64,000 nt of DNA from an uncultured Verrucomicrobiota bacterium (GCA_946533675.1 CAMNBZ010000003.1:33014-97013), one strand, 5' to 3'; counted from the stretch's first letter, positions 1 to 8,863 are shown. Notes: generated by a model not told the origin, from the sequence alone. Program-made: numbers and translations.

Positions 1-1
1 C

Positions 2-2395
2 AAGAGCTACTTCTACAGCTACATCCGCGACGGCCGCAGCAACTTCTACAACGGCGAGGTCGACAAGGCGGTGAAGATGACGTTCGTCACCGACAGCTAC
101 TTCCCGCCCGAATCGCCCGAGGCGGAGGAGGAGCAGAGCGACTATTCCGAGCTCTACGACCTCGCCGACGGCCAGTACCAGCCCTTCACGTACGACCAGC
201 TCCGCGAGGGCAACCGGACGACGCTGATGGACATCGTCGGGCGCAGCGGGCGATTGAACGACAGCCTCTCCACGCTCGGCATGGCCGCGCTCTTCGACTA
301 CCTCGACGAGGACCGCGTGCCGATCTCGCTCGCGATCCCGACCGTCGAACGCGCGCCGATGTGCGTCGCGCTCAAGCCGGGCTTCGACTCGTCCGCGCTC
401 CGGATCGAGGCGGATGCGAGCGACGTCTGCGGCAACGAGGACTGCACGAGCCCGGCGCCGACGACGGGACCGGCGGGCGGCACGGACCAGGTGTACGTGA
501 AGGTGTCCTACACGATCGACGGCCAGAAGTTCGCGGAGGGCCTCGGCGCGGGCATCAAGTCCGTCTTCGCCTATCCCTTCGCCCACGAGGACGCGATCTC
601 GGGCGAGAACTTCAAGGTCGACGGCAAGATGGCGCTCTTCTTCACGCTCGACGGCGACCCGATGGGCCTGAGGTCGAGCGCCGACGACGCGCTGCACATC
701 GCGAACACGGGCGAGCTGACGTCGGCGAACCCGACGCTGAAGGACGGCATCCTCAACATCCCCTTCGGCGCGGCGCAGCAGCTCGACCTCAAGTCGCAGA
801 ACCGCGATTCCGAGGAGGACGCCGTCAAGGAGCTGTCGATCGACACGCGCGGCGCGCGCGGCGTCGCCTCGACGCTCGGCCAGACGCCGGTCATGGAGGT
901 GACGTACACGTGGACGCGCACGTGGCAGGCCAACCCCAACACGGGCATTCTCACGCCGACGCCGAACACGCTCGAGGCCGCGCAGGCGGCGGGCGCGGGC
1001 TGCGGCTTCGGCGTCGCCAAGGCGCACTGCGGCCTGCCGCCGCTGTCGTCGCGCGGCGTCGTCCGGCCGGAGTACGCCAACGACAACCAGTTCCGCGACC
1101 TGATCAACGCCGGCAACGGCGGCGCGGCGTCGCTCAATCTCGCGCTGTGGGTGCGCGTGACCGACAAGAACAGCAAGACGGTCGATCTCGTGCCGGCCTC
1201 CGTCCTCGACGACAAGACGTTCAACAACATCGACAACGACCGCATCGTCACGCGCGTCGACCATCCGAACAGCAGCTGGCCGGTGATGCGCTTCGGCACG
1301 GGCATCCGGATCCGGTACGATTCGGAGTGGATGGAGGATACGGGCGCGACCGAGCAGCCGCTCCAGCTCAGCCCCGCGGCCGTGAAGGTGGACGATCCGC
1401 GCTTCAACCACGCGCCGGAAAGCTGGTACCAGGCGGCGAACGCGACCGCGAACGACTGGCTGAACAACACCACCGCGCCCGACCGCGACGGCGACATCTT
1501 CCTGGCGACGAGCGACCAGGGCTATCTCCAGTCGATCTACGAGCTCGCGCTGATTCCGAGCCTCGGCACGCGGCTCGACGCGAAGGGCGACGCCACCACG
1601 GGCCACTACGCGCGGCCCGACGGCCGCAGCGAGTTCGCCGCCAACGCCGGCGGCGCGCTCAACTCCGGCATCATGTGGAAGACGTACTGCGCCTACGACT
1701 GCGGCTCGGGGAGCGCCGACGACTTCGAGGGCTGCGGCTTCACGAGCGCGGGCACGGGCTTCAAGGTGAACCCCTACAGCGACCAGACGAACGTCGTCAT
1801 GGCGGCCTTCGCCAACACGCCCGTCGACTGGCGCATGGCCTCGACGAACAATCAGGAGGAGGCGCTGGAGGATCTGTCGGCGCAGGAGTTCAACTCGCAG
1901 TACGCCTGGAACGCGATGCAGAGCGACACGCGCATCGAGTACGCGAAGCTCGAGGCGATCGCCGGCGCGTTCATGGACAAGATGCGCGGCCGCGACACGA
2001 CGGGCGACGAGGGCGTGCCGGAGCCGTCCGGCGGCCGGGCGGACTGGAAGGCCGCGTTCGACGATCTCGACTGGGAGGGCCAGAACGAAAGCGATTTCTG
2101 CGGCGTGAACCTCGGCTCCACCAAGCTGTGGAGCGCCGACCGTTCGTTCCTCTACGGCTTCTGGCGCGACTGCTTCGCCGCGCGGCAGCAGCTCTTCCTC
2201 ATCTTCGTGCGCGCCGAACCGCTGATGATGGGCGGCGGCATGATGAGCCGGATTCCGCCGCAGCTCGGCGGCCGCGCGGTGGCGCTCGTCTGGCGCGACC
2301 CGACCGCGACCTCGGGCAACGTGTCGAACGCCGGCGAGTCCGGCAGCGGCTACCCGCACCGCACGCGCATCCTCTTCTACAAGCAGCTGGAGTAA
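2..2395 (+). CDS. large hypothetical protein, 5'-truncated by the window edge; possibly pseudopilus-associated
   Basis: Frame 2 is open from the first base (KSYFYSYIRDGRSNFYNGEVDKAVKMTF...), so the listed GTG at 71 is probably internal. Codon usage is GC3-rich like the neighbours. The TAA stop at 2393-2395 lies 7 nt before the pseudopilin ATG. No domain recognised by eye. The C-terminus (QQLFLIFVRAEP...GGRAVALVWRDP...RTRILFYKQLE) loosely resembles the last strands of GspK/PilX-type minor pseudopilins (weak). Confidence 0.7.
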   Translation, partial: KSYFYSYIRDGRSNFYNGEVDKAVKMTFVTDSYFPPESPEAEEEQSDYSELYDLADGQYQPFTYDQLREGNRTTLMDIVGRSGRLNDSLSTLGMAALFDYLDEDRVPISLAIPTVERAPMCVALKPGFDSSALRIEADASDVCGNEDCTSPAPTTGPAGGTDQVYVKVSYTIDGQKFAEGLGAGIKSVFAYPFAHEDAISGENFKVDGKMALFFTLDGDPMGLRSSADDALHIANTGELTSANPTLKDGILNIPFGAAQQLDLKSQNRDSEEDAVKELSIDTRGARGVASTLGQTPVMEVTYTWTRTWQANPNTGILTPTPNTLEAAQAAGAGCGFGVAKAHCGLPPLSSRGVVRPEYANDNQFRDLINAGNGGAASLNLALWVRVTDKNSKTVDLVPASVLDDKTFNNIDNDRIVTRVDHPNSSWPVMRFGTGIRIRYDSEWMEDTGATEQPLQLSPAAVKVDDPRFNHAPESWYQAANATANDWLNNTTAPDRDGDIFLATSDQGYLQSIYELALIPSLGTRLDAKGDATTGHYARPDGRSEFAANAGGALNSGIMWKTYCAYDCGSGSADDFEGCGFTSAGTGFKVNPYSDQTNVVMAAFANTPVDWRMASTNNQEEALEDLSAQEFNSQYAWNAMQSDTRIEYAKLEAIAGAFMDKMRGRDTTGDEGVPEPSGGRADWKAAFDDLDWEGQNESDFCGVNLGSTKLWSADRSFLYGFWRDCFAARQQLFLIFVRAEPLMMGGGMMSRIPPQLGGRAVALVWRDPTATSGNVSNAGESGSGYPHRTRILFYKQLE

Positions 2396-2402
2396 ACACA
2401 CC

Positions 2403-3314
2403 ATGAAAAAAGGCTTCACCCTCGTTGAACTGCTCGTCGTCATCGGCATTCTGGGCATTCTCTCCGCCGTGCTGATCGGCTCGTTCGCTGGCGGCACCGA
2501 ATCGGCGCGCGCCGTCAAGTGCCTGACGAACATGCGCAACCTCGCGACCGCGTGCCAGACGTACGGCATGTCGTTCGGCTTCTACCCGCTCGCCGGATCG
2601 ATCGAGCGCGTGGGCATCGACGAGTCGCAGGGCATCCGCAACGTCAAGATGCGCTACCGCGAGATGCCCGGCTGGATCAGCTGGGATTCGCAGGGCGCGT
2701 ACGCGGGCACCGTGCAGTCGCACATCGCGAGCGCGAGCTGGATGACGAGCAGCTACGACCAGGACGACATCAAGCGTACGTACGCGCTGACGAACGGCGT
2801 CCTCTGGAAGCACATCTCGGGCAACCGCGAGCTGTTCGTCTGCCCCGAGCACACGCGCCTCAAGCGCTTCCAGCGCAACCGCCCGCTCTGGACGTACGTG
2901 ATGAACAGCTTCTTCGGCTGGGACAACACGAAGGGCGGCAGCGCGAAGCCGGATTCGTACTACGGCATCCGCTACGACACGCTCGACCGCGCCGACCGCC
3001 GGCTGCTGCTCGCCGAGCTCCAGTTCCAGGAGGGCTACACGTCCGAGCCGGTCGACGACAGCGCGTCGGCGGGCACGGTCAACGACTGCGTGCTCCAGTA
3101 CAAGACGAACGAGGGCGGCGAGCTGATCGGCTTCAACCACACCGCCGGCAAGCGCACGAAGGTCGCGCACGTCGTCTTCGCCGACGCGCACACCGAGAAG
3201 CTGACGATGCCCAAGAGCGGCCTTTCCTCCGGCGACCACCGCAAGCTGACCGAGTGGCTCTGCACCGGAACGGACTTCACCTTCAAGGGCGACCGCTACG
3301 AGGAGCTGAGGTAA
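2403..3314 (+). CDS. prepilin-type N-terminal cleavage/methylation domain protein (pseudopilin-like, DUF1559-style)
   Basis: The N-terminus MKKGFTLVELLVVIGILGILSAVLIGSF is a classic class III signal (G-F-T-L-V-E-L-L-V-V). The C-terminal KVAHVVFADAHTEKL resembles the H-X9-DG tail of PVC-group pseudopilins. Confidence 0.9.
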   Translation: MKKGFTLVELLVVIGILGILSAVLIGSFAGGTESARAVKCLTNMRNLATACQTYGMSFGFYPLAGSIERVGIDESQGIRNVKMRYREMPGWISWDSQGAYAGTVQSHIASASWMTSSYDQDDIKRTYALTNGVLWKHISGNRELFVCPEHTRLKRFQRNRPLWTYVMNSFFGWDNTKGGSAKPDSYYGIRYDTLDRADRRLLLAELQFQEGYTSEPVDDSASAGTVNDCVLQYKTNEGGELIGFNHTAGKRTKVAHVVFADAHTEKLTMPKSGLSSGDHRKLTEWLCTGTDFTFKGDRYEELR

Positions 3315-3908
3315 GTGGACAAGATCCGCATACTGATCGTCGACGACCACCCGATGGTCCGCGAGGGCCTGGCGGCGATGCTGGAGAGCGAGGAGGGCTT
3401 CGCCGTCGCGGGGCTCGCCGCCAACGGCGAAGAGGCGCTGAAACTCGTCGCCGAGGCGCGGCCCGACGTGATCCTGAGCGACGTGCGCATGCCGAAGCTC
3501 GACGGGTTCGCCATGCTGGAGCGGCTGAAGGGCGCGAAGGTCCTGCTGCTGGCCGGGATGCCGCTCAAGGACGAGGAGCAGCGCGCGCGCGAGCTGGGCG
3601 CGAAGGGGTATCTGCCCAAGGACGTGGACCAGGACCGTCTCTCGGAGGCGATCCGCGAAATCGCCGCGGGCGGCGGCGACTTCGTCTGCGAGGTGTTCCA
3701 GTCGGCGCCCTCGCCGCTCACCGCGCGCGAGCTCGACGTCCTGCGCCACCTCGCGAAGGGGCTCCAGCGCGACCAGATCGCGGCCGCGCTCGGCATCGGC
3801 TCGGAGTCGGTCAAGACGCACCTGAAGGGGATCATGGTCAAGCTGCACGTGCCGAACGCGACGAGCGCCGTCGGCCGCGCGTTCGAGCTCGGGATCCTGC
3901 GCGCCTAG
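3315..3908 (+). CDS. two-component response regulator, NarL/LuxR family (REC + LuxR HTH)
   Basis: REC motifs are present: ILIVDDHPMVREGL and DVILSDVRMPKLDG. The LuxR HTH reads LTARELDVLRHLAKGLQRDQIAAALGIGSESVKTHLKGIMVKLHV. The GTG start directly follows the upstream stop. No histidine kinase in the window. Confidence 0.93.
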   Translation: MDKIRILIVDDHPMVREGLAAMLESEEGFAVAGLAANGEEALKLVAEARPDVILSDVRMPKLDGFAMLERLKGAKVLLLAGMPLKDEEQRARELGAKGYLPKDVDQDRLSEAIREIAAGGGDFVCEVFQSAPSPLTARELDVLRHLAKGLQRDQIAAALGIGSESVKTHLKGIMVKLHVPNATSAVGRAFELGILRA

Positions 3909-3916
3909 CGCGAATA

Positions 3917-3925
3917 TGATATACT
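3917..3925 (+). promoter_or_regulatory. extended -10 box TGATATACT, 10 nt upstream of the gmd ATG (leaderless or near-leaderless mRNA)
   Basis: An AT-rich 9-mer sits in a GC-rich context. The same 9-mer class recurs at 8155, 48939, 57392, 58739 and 60951. No Shine-Dalgarno lies between the box and the ATG at 3936. Confidence 0.5.
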
Positions 3926-3935
3926 GACACTCTCT

Positions 3936-4943
3936 ATGAAAAAAGCACTCATCACCGGCATCACGGGCCAGGACGGCTCCTATCTCGCGGAACTGCTGCT
4001 CGCCAAGGGCTACGAGGTCCACGGCCTCATCCGCCGCGCGTCGACGTTCAACACCGGCCGCATCGAGCACCTCTACCAGGATCCGCACATCAACGGGCGC
4101 ACGCTCTTCCTCCACTACGGCGACATGGGCGACAGCTCGAACCTGATCCGCCTCGTCTACGAGATCGCGCCGGACGAGATCTACAACCTCGCGGCGCAGA
4201 GCCACGTGCGCGTGTCGTTCGATTCGCCCGAGTTCACGGGCGACGTGGACGCGCTCGGCGCGATGCGGCTCCTGGAGGCGATCCACCTGACGGGCCGCGC
4301 CGGCAAGACGCGCTTCTACCAGGCGTCGACCTCGGAGCTCTTCGGTCTCGTGCAGGAAGTGCCGCAGAAGGAGACGACGCCGTTCTATCCGCGCAGCCCC
4401 TACGCCGTCGCCAAGCTCTACGCGTACTGGGCCGTGCGCAACTACCGCGAGGCGTACAGCGTCTTCGCGTCGAACGGCATCCTCTTCAACCACGAGTCGC
4501 CCCGCCGCGGCGAGACGTTCGTGACGCGCAAGATCACGCGCGCCGTCGGCCGCATCAAGATGGGGCTGCAGGACAAGCTCTACATGGGCAACATCAATTC
4601 GCTGCGCGACTGGGGCTTCGCGGGCGACTACGTGGAGGGCATGTGGCGCATCCTCCAGCACGAGCGTCCCGAGGACTTCGTGCTCGCGACGGGCGAGATG
4701 CATTCCGTCAAGGAGTTCCTCAAGCTCGCGTTCGGGATGGTCGATCTCGACTGGGAGAAGTACGTCGCGTACGACGCGCGCTACATCCGCCCGACGGAAG
4801 TGGACCAGCTCCTCGGCGACGCGACGAAGGCGCGCACCGAGCTCGGCTGGGAGCCGAAGGTCAAGTTCCCCGAGCTCGTCAAGATGATGGTCGAGGCCGA
4901 CCTCGCGCTCGCGGAGAAGGAACTGAAGCTCAAGAATGCGTAA
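3936..4943 (+). CDS. gmd: GDP-mannose 4,6-dehydratase
   Basis: [47 protein letters not shown]...[12 protein letters not shown]...[18 protein letters not shown] is the textbook Gmd SDR signature. Confidence 0.97.
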   Translation: MKKALITGITGQDGSYLAELLLAKGYEVHGLIRRASTFNTGRIEHLYQDPHINGRTLFLHYGDMGDSSNLIRLVYEIAPDEIYNLAAQSHVRVSFDSPEFTGDVDALGAMRLLEAIHLTGRAGKTRFYQASTSELFGLVQEVPQKETTPFYPRSPYAVAKLYAYWAVRNYREAYSVFASNGILFNHESPRRGETFVTRKITRAVGRIKMGLQDKLYMGNINSLRDWGFAGDYVEGMWRILQHERPEDFVLATGEMHSVKEFLKLAFGMVDLDWEKYVAYDARYIRPTEVDQLLGDATKARTELGWEPKVKFPELVKMMVEADLALAEKELKLKNA

Positions 4944-6021
4944 GACGATGGCGCGCGGCGACTCCTACGCGGTGATTCTGGCGGGCGGCGGCGGCGAGCG
5001 GCTGTGGCCGCTGTCGACGCCGGAACGGCCCAAGCAGTTCGTCGAGCTTTTCGGCGGCAAGCCGCTGATCCGCCACGCGGCGGACCGGCTCGCGGGCCTG
5101 ATCCCGCCGGAACGCATCCTCGTCATCACCGCCGCGCGGTTCGTCGCCCAGACGCGCGCGGCGCTGCCGATGGTGCCGCCGGCCAACATCGTCGGCGAGC
5201 CGTGCCGGCGCGATACGGCGGCGGCCGTGGCGGTCGCGGTCGGGATGGTGCGCGCGCGCGGCGGCGCGGACGCCGTGGGCGCGATCCTGACGGCCGATCA
5301 GCTGATGACGCCGGAGGAGGCGTTCCGCCGCGTCCTGGGCGATGCGCTCGCGGTCGCGGCCCGAAGCGACGCGATCGTCACGCTCGGCGTCGAGCCGGAC
5401 CATCCCGCGACGGGTTTCGGCTACATCGCGCGCGCGGAGAAGGTTGATTTCGGCACGGCGAGCGAATTTGCGAAGGTGGAGCGGTTTGTGGAGAAGCCCG
5501 ATCTGGAGACGGCCCGGGCGTATCTCGCGACGGGCCGCTACAGCTGGAACGCGGGGATGTTCATCTGGAAGGCGTCGACGATGGCGGCGGCGTTTGCCGC
5601 GCACGCGCCGGAGTTCAGCGGGCTGATCGAGGCCGTCGCCGCCGCGCCGGACGTGGAGGCGGTGATGGCGGCGCGCTATCCCGCGATCCGCGCGACGAGC
5701 GTGGACTACGCGGTGATGGAGAAGGCGACGAACATCCTGGTCGCGCGCTGTGCGTTCACGTGGGACGACGTGGGCGGCTGGAACGCGATTGCCGCGCACT
5801 TTCCGGCGGACGCGCGCGGGAACGTGCGGCTGGGGAAGACGGCGGTGTACGACGCGGGGAACAACATCATCGTGTCGGACGACGCGCACGTGACGGCGGT
5901 GGTCGGGCTGGAGAATGTCGTCGTGGTGCACACGCCGCACGCGACGCTCGTCTGTGCGCGCGACCGCGCGCAGGACGTGAAGCAGCTCGTCCGCTCCTTC
6001 GCTTTTCCCCCATGCGGGTGA
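4936..6021 (+). CDS. mannose-1-phosphate guanylyltransferase (nucleotidyltransferase type, no PMI domain)
   Basis: [25 protein letters not shown] is the G-x-G-x-R-L-x-P-L NTP-transferase motif, and GFGYI and WNAGMFIW are also present. It overlaps the gmd stop by 8 nt. An alternative ATG lies at 4948. Confidence 0.9.
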   Translation: MRKTMARGDSYAVILAGGGGERLWPLSTPERPKQFVELFGGKPLIRHAADRLAGLIPPERILVITAARFVAQTRAALPMVPPANIVGEPCRRDTAAAVAVAVGMVRARGGADAVGAILTADQLMTPEEAFRRVLGDALAVAARSDAIVTLGVEPDHPATGFGYIARAEKVDFGTASEFAKVERFVEKPDLETARAYLATGRYSWNAGMFIWKASTMAAAFAAHAPEFSGLIEAVAAAPDVEAVMAARYPAIRATSVDYAVMEKATNILVARCAFTWDDVGGWNAIAAHFPADARGNVRLGKTAVYDAGNNIIVSDDAHVTAVVGLENVVVVHTPHATLVCARDRAQDVKQLVRSFAFPPCG

Positions 6022-6040
6022 AAATTTTTTAAATTCCCCC

Positions 6041-6069
6041 TTGCGGGGGAGAAGAATATTTGGTAGAAT
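6041..6069 (+). promoter_or_regulatory. sigma70-like promoter: TTGCGG - 17 nt - (TGg)TAGAAT
   Basis: The -35-like TTGCGG is at 6041-6046 and the extended -10 TGGTAGAAT at 6061-6069. An AAAGGAG Shine-Dalgarno at 6113-6119 precedes the ATG at 6128. Confidence 0.5.
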
Positions 6070-6127
6070 GATGGCGAACATTGGAAAAGGCAGATTTCAA
6101 AACACAACAAACAAAGGAGAAAAAACC

Positions 6128-7738
6128 ATGAAAAAGCTGATGATGACGACAGTCGCAGCACTCGGTTTCGCCGCTCTGGCGCAGGCCGAAGTTCTGAACT
6201 CGACTGGGTTCGAAGACTACGTCAAAAATAATAATGATTTCGCGGTCAACACGAGTGATTCGGGCAGCCCCGATTCTGGTACGCAGTACTGGACAGGAAC
6301 GGGTGACTTCTCCCAGACCGTGCTGAAGACATACGGTGAGGATGTTGTTAAGCCGACGAATCTGCCGGACGATTTTGAAACCGCAGGCGACTACTTCCTG
6401 TCGGTCGATACGGGCAACGATGTGATGTACCGCAAGGCGGGCGCGGAGGCGGGCAGCGTCGACCTCAATCAAGGGGCGGTGTTCTTCGATGCCAATGTCA
6501 AGTTCACGGCGAGCGAGACGGATGTCGAGGCCTCGGACGGCGATAAGCTCCTCGTGTGGCTGAAGGGCGACGACACGAAGACCAACCTCGTTGTGACGGC
6601 GGGTCTTTACAATGCGCTCACGGGAGAGTATGATCCGACCAATTTCACCGTTGACGCCGTTGACGGTGATTATGCGGCTGATACCTGGTATCGCCTGACG
6701 GTCAAGGCTGCGGTTGACGACAACAAGCTCACCTATTTCAATGTCTACATTGATGGGGAACCGGTCAAGGCGACGGATAAGACGACCGATTTCTATAGCC
6801 TCGTTCAGACGGGTGTTAACAAGTATGTGATTGCCGAAGCGGGCTTCCAGGGCACGGGCGCGCTTGACAATGTGGTCTGGACGACGACCGATCCGTTCCC
6901 GCCGGTGGAGGTTGACGAGTTTACTGCAAGTGTGACGCTGGAACAGGTGCGTTTGGCGGGCAACGAGAATGATATTGTTGATGCATGGGCGCTTGAAGGC
7001 GAGGATAAAACGGGAACCTATGCTGCCACTGCGACTGTTGCGGTTGGTGACGATGCAAAGTTCGTCGTTCGCATGGTGAGTGCTTGGGATGTCACGGTGA
7101 CGGCGACGATTAACGGCGTCCAGGTTGATCAGGCGAACATTGTCAAGACGGATGGCGAGGGTGACGAAGAAGGTTCTTCCGTCTATACGATCACCATTGA
7201 CGGTTCAAAGTATGGTGACGGCGATACGGCTGCGTTGGTCATCACCATCACTGAAAACGAAGGCGGCGATGAGCCGGAAGATACAACCGAAATCAATGCA
7301 AATGGCACGGGCTATGTTGCGGACGAGGATGGCACCACTTACACCAAGGCCGCTGTTGAGGCGATGGTGACCGTGGTCGCGCCGAATGCCGACAGTCTGA
7401 GCAATGAGGCGAAGGCCGCGTACAATGCGTACTTCACCAAGACTGCGACCTACAATGCGGACACACATAAGTGGGAAGTGACCGCCGCGCTGAACGAGAC
7501 CGCGCTGAAAGCGGATGTCAAAGTTGCGGTTGAGGAGGCGCTGGCGGCCGTTGACGCGGGCGCGACAAGTGTGGCGCTTCCGGCCGGCTTCTACTACAAG
7601 GTCGAGAGCGGCAGCGCGCTGCCGATCGCGACGACCGCGACGGACGTCAGCACGGGCGCGAAGATCGAGGTCAAGGGCCTGACGAAAGCGGCGGGCTTCT
7701 TCAAGGTGAGCGTGGGCACGACGGAATTCGCTGAGTAA
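6128..7738 (+). CDS. secreted protein with N-terminal LamG/concanavalin-like jelly-roll and acidic T/D/E-rich C-terminal half
   Basis: The signal peptide is MKKLMMTTVAALGFAALAQA, preceded by a strong SD. The strand pattern is beta-sandwich-like (VFFDANVKFTA, KLLVWL, WYRLTV, FNVYIDGEPV, GALDNVVW). The C-terminal tail reads AAGFFKVSVGTTEFAE. The ORF-track start at 6041 (TTG) is upstream of the SD and is rejected. Confidence 0.85.
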   Translation: MKKLMMTTVAALGFAALAQAEVLNSTGFEDYVKNNNDFAVNTSDSGSPDSGTQYWTGTGDFSQTVLKTYGEDVVKPTNLPDDFETAGDYFLSVDTGNDVMYRKAGAEAGSVDLNQGAVFFDANVKFTASETDVEASDGDKLLVWLKGDDTKTNLVVTAGLYNALTGEYDPTNFTVDAVDGDYAADTWYRLTVKAAVDDNKLTYFNVYIDGEPVKATDKTTDFYSLVQTGVNKYVIAEAGFQGTGALDNVVWTTTDPFPPVEVDEFTASVTLEQVRLAGNENDIVDAWALEGEDKTGTYAATATVAVGDDAKFVVRMVSAWDVTVTATINGVQVDQANIVKTDGEGDEEGSSVYTITIDGSKYGDGDTAALVITITENEGGDEPEDTTEINANGTGYVADEDGTTYTKAAVEAMVTVVAPNADSLSNEAKAAYNAYFTKTATYNADTHKWEVTAALNETALKADVKVAVEEALAAVDAGATSVALPAGFYYKVESGSALPIATTATDVSTGAKIEVKGLTKAAGFFKVSVGTTEFAE

Positions 7739-7766
7739 GTCAGTGCGCGAAAAGCGCAGAAACGAG

Positions 7767-7800
7767 GAGCGCGGCAGAAATGCCGCGCTCTGCGTTTTTT
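7767..7800 (+). terminator. rho-independent terminator
   Basis: A 10-bp GC stem, GAGCGCGGCA (GAAA) TGCCGCGCTC, is followed by TGCG and TTTTTT at 7795-7800. It lies 29 nt after the stop codon. Confidence 0.8.
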
Positions 7801-7808
7801 GTGGAAAG

Positions 7809-8100
7809 GCTAGATAGTCTAGAACGAAACGGGGCGGTGGCCCCGTTCCTAATCTAGAACGCCCGCTGCGCGGGCTAACCTAGAGCGCGCGGCACGGCCG
7901 CGCTTGTCTAGAAAGTCTAGATTAGCTCGCGCAACGCGCGAGCGTTCTAGATTAGCCCGCACTCCGTGCGGGCGTTCTAGATTAGGGGCGGCACACTTGC
8001 CGCCCCGTTCTAGCCAGTCTAGCCAGCCGCCCCGTTCTAGCTTCTCTAGCTAGTCTAGCCAGTCGCCCCGTTCTAGCTTCTCTAGCCAGCCGCCCCTCTC
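7809..8100. repeat. CTAG-rich hairpin mosaic array A (BIME-like)
   Basis: About 16 CTAG tetramers are present. Six different 7-9 bp GC hairpins occur (for example AACGGGGC-GGTG-GCCCCGTT and GCCCGCAC-TCC-GTGCGGGC). They are separated by the 13-mer CTAATCTAGAACG in the left half and its reverse complement CGTTCTAGATTAG in the right half. The switch point is TCTAGAAAGTCTAGA at about 7908-7922. Confidence 0.85.
7818..8014. repeat. 197-bp direct repeat, copy 1 (partner 8920-9116)
   Basis: Hand alignment shows the same length and only two mismatches: A at 7827 versus G at 8929, and ACTCCGTG versus ACTTCGTG. Confidence 0.85.
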
Positions 8101-8133
8101 TCGCCGCGCGCGTAAGATTTCGAAAATTCCGGC

Positions 8134-8163
8134 TAGACAACCGCTCTTTCCCTGTGATATAAT
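8134..8163 (+). promoter_or_regulatory. promoter: TAGACA - 18 nt - (TGa)TATAAT, 6 nt upstream of the ATG at 8170 (leaderless)
   Basis: The extended -10 TGATATAAT is at 8155-8163. No SD precedes the ATG. Confidence 0.5.
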
Positions 8164-8169
8164 CAAACC

Positions 8170-8863
8170 ATGAAAGCAAGAAAAATATCGTGGAATCAGA
8201 CGGATTGGCGCAAATTATACTTCTATCAAAAAGCCGATGCCCTCTATCAGCTGACCGTCGCTTTCTGCCGCCGCTTTCTGCCCGCGCATGGCGACCGGAC
8301 GGTCGATCAAATGGTCCAGGCCGCGCGCTCCGGAAAGCAGAATATCGTCGAAGGTTATGCCGATGGCGTCACGTCCAGTGAAATCGCCATTAATCTCCTG
8401 AATGTCGCGCGCGGCAGCATCAAGGAGCTGAAGGAAGATTATCTCGATTATCTCAAGGCGCACGCACAAGCTGATGTGCTGGACGGCGCGCCATCCGCGC
8501 TATGCCAAAATGCTCGCGTTCTGCCGTGCGCACAATGCGCTGAAGGACTATGAACCGCTCTTCGGCAGATGCGATGATGAAACGCTGGCGAATTGCGCCA
8601 ATACGCTCTGCCACATGATCGACCGAATGATGGTGTCGCATATCCGCAAAATGCAGTCGGAATTTGTCGAGCTGGGCAGCGCGCGCGAGCAGATGCGTGA
8701 CGCGCGCCAGGAGCGGCGGCTGGAGCAGCGGGATGACGCGCGCGAAGCGCCGAAGCTGCGTATGCTGCTGGCGCAAAGGGACAGGGAGATCATGCTGCTG
8801 AATTTGGCAATCAACCGGCTGCGCGGCGAGATCAACGCGCTGAAAGCGCAGCAGGGTAGGTAG
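8170..8863 (+). pseudogene. four-helix-bundle protein (23S rRNA IVS protein family with suffix domain), split by a +1 frameshift near 8462-8473
   Basis: Frame 1 (8170-8553) gives YQKADALYQLTVAFCRRF...DRTVDQMVQAARSGKQNIVEGY...ARGSIKELKEDYLDYLKAHAQ. Frame 2 (from about 8465, ORF 8474-8863) continues the family pattern: KLMCWTARHPRYAKM...ETLANCANTLCHMIDRMM...KMQSEFVELGSAREQMRDARQERR. This could instead be a sequencing indel. Confidence 0.6.

Noticed and set aside
361-2406. Long + strand off-frame ORFs. Examples are 361-2406, 2519-3919, 9880-11925 (minus), 15798-17087, 17769-19760 and 21410-23173. Others include 30737-32317, 33380-35449, 40710-42827, 47376-48683, 51039-52655 and 55299-57269.
   Set aside because: These are alternative frames of the real genes. 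They are Arg/Pro/Gly/Ala-rich with no motifs, as expected in very GC-rich DNA.
2199-4703. Other long minus-strand ORFs: 2199-4703, 4930-6081, 39370-42402, 42036-43655, 43766-45619, 44992-48513 and 49082-50395. Also 50779-54357, 55144-57114, 57399-58544, 58680-59813, 59761-60774 and 62491-63954.
   Set aside because: Each lies antisense to a + strand gene with unambiguous family signatures (gmd, pilM, pilQ, rho, uvrA, recA, fba, purM, dxs and others). Each shows Arg/Ala/Asp/His-rich nonsense composition.
6005-6050. Weak hairpins around the manC stop (CCC-ATGC-GGG plus T6, and TCCCCC-TTGC-GGGGGA) as a terminator.
   Set aside because: The first stem is only 3 bp. The second has no downstream T-tract and overlaps the proposed -35 of the next promoter. 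The evidence is too weak to annotate.
7982-8179. A 65-aa minus-strand ORF with (ARLAREARTGRL) repeats.
   Set aside because: It is a translation artefact of the tandem CTAG/GCCGCCCCGT repeat units.
8170-8863. A four-helix-bundle gene marking a 23S rRNA intervening sequence.
   Set aside because: There is no rRNA sequence on either side. The flanks are hairpin arrays and protein-coding genes.
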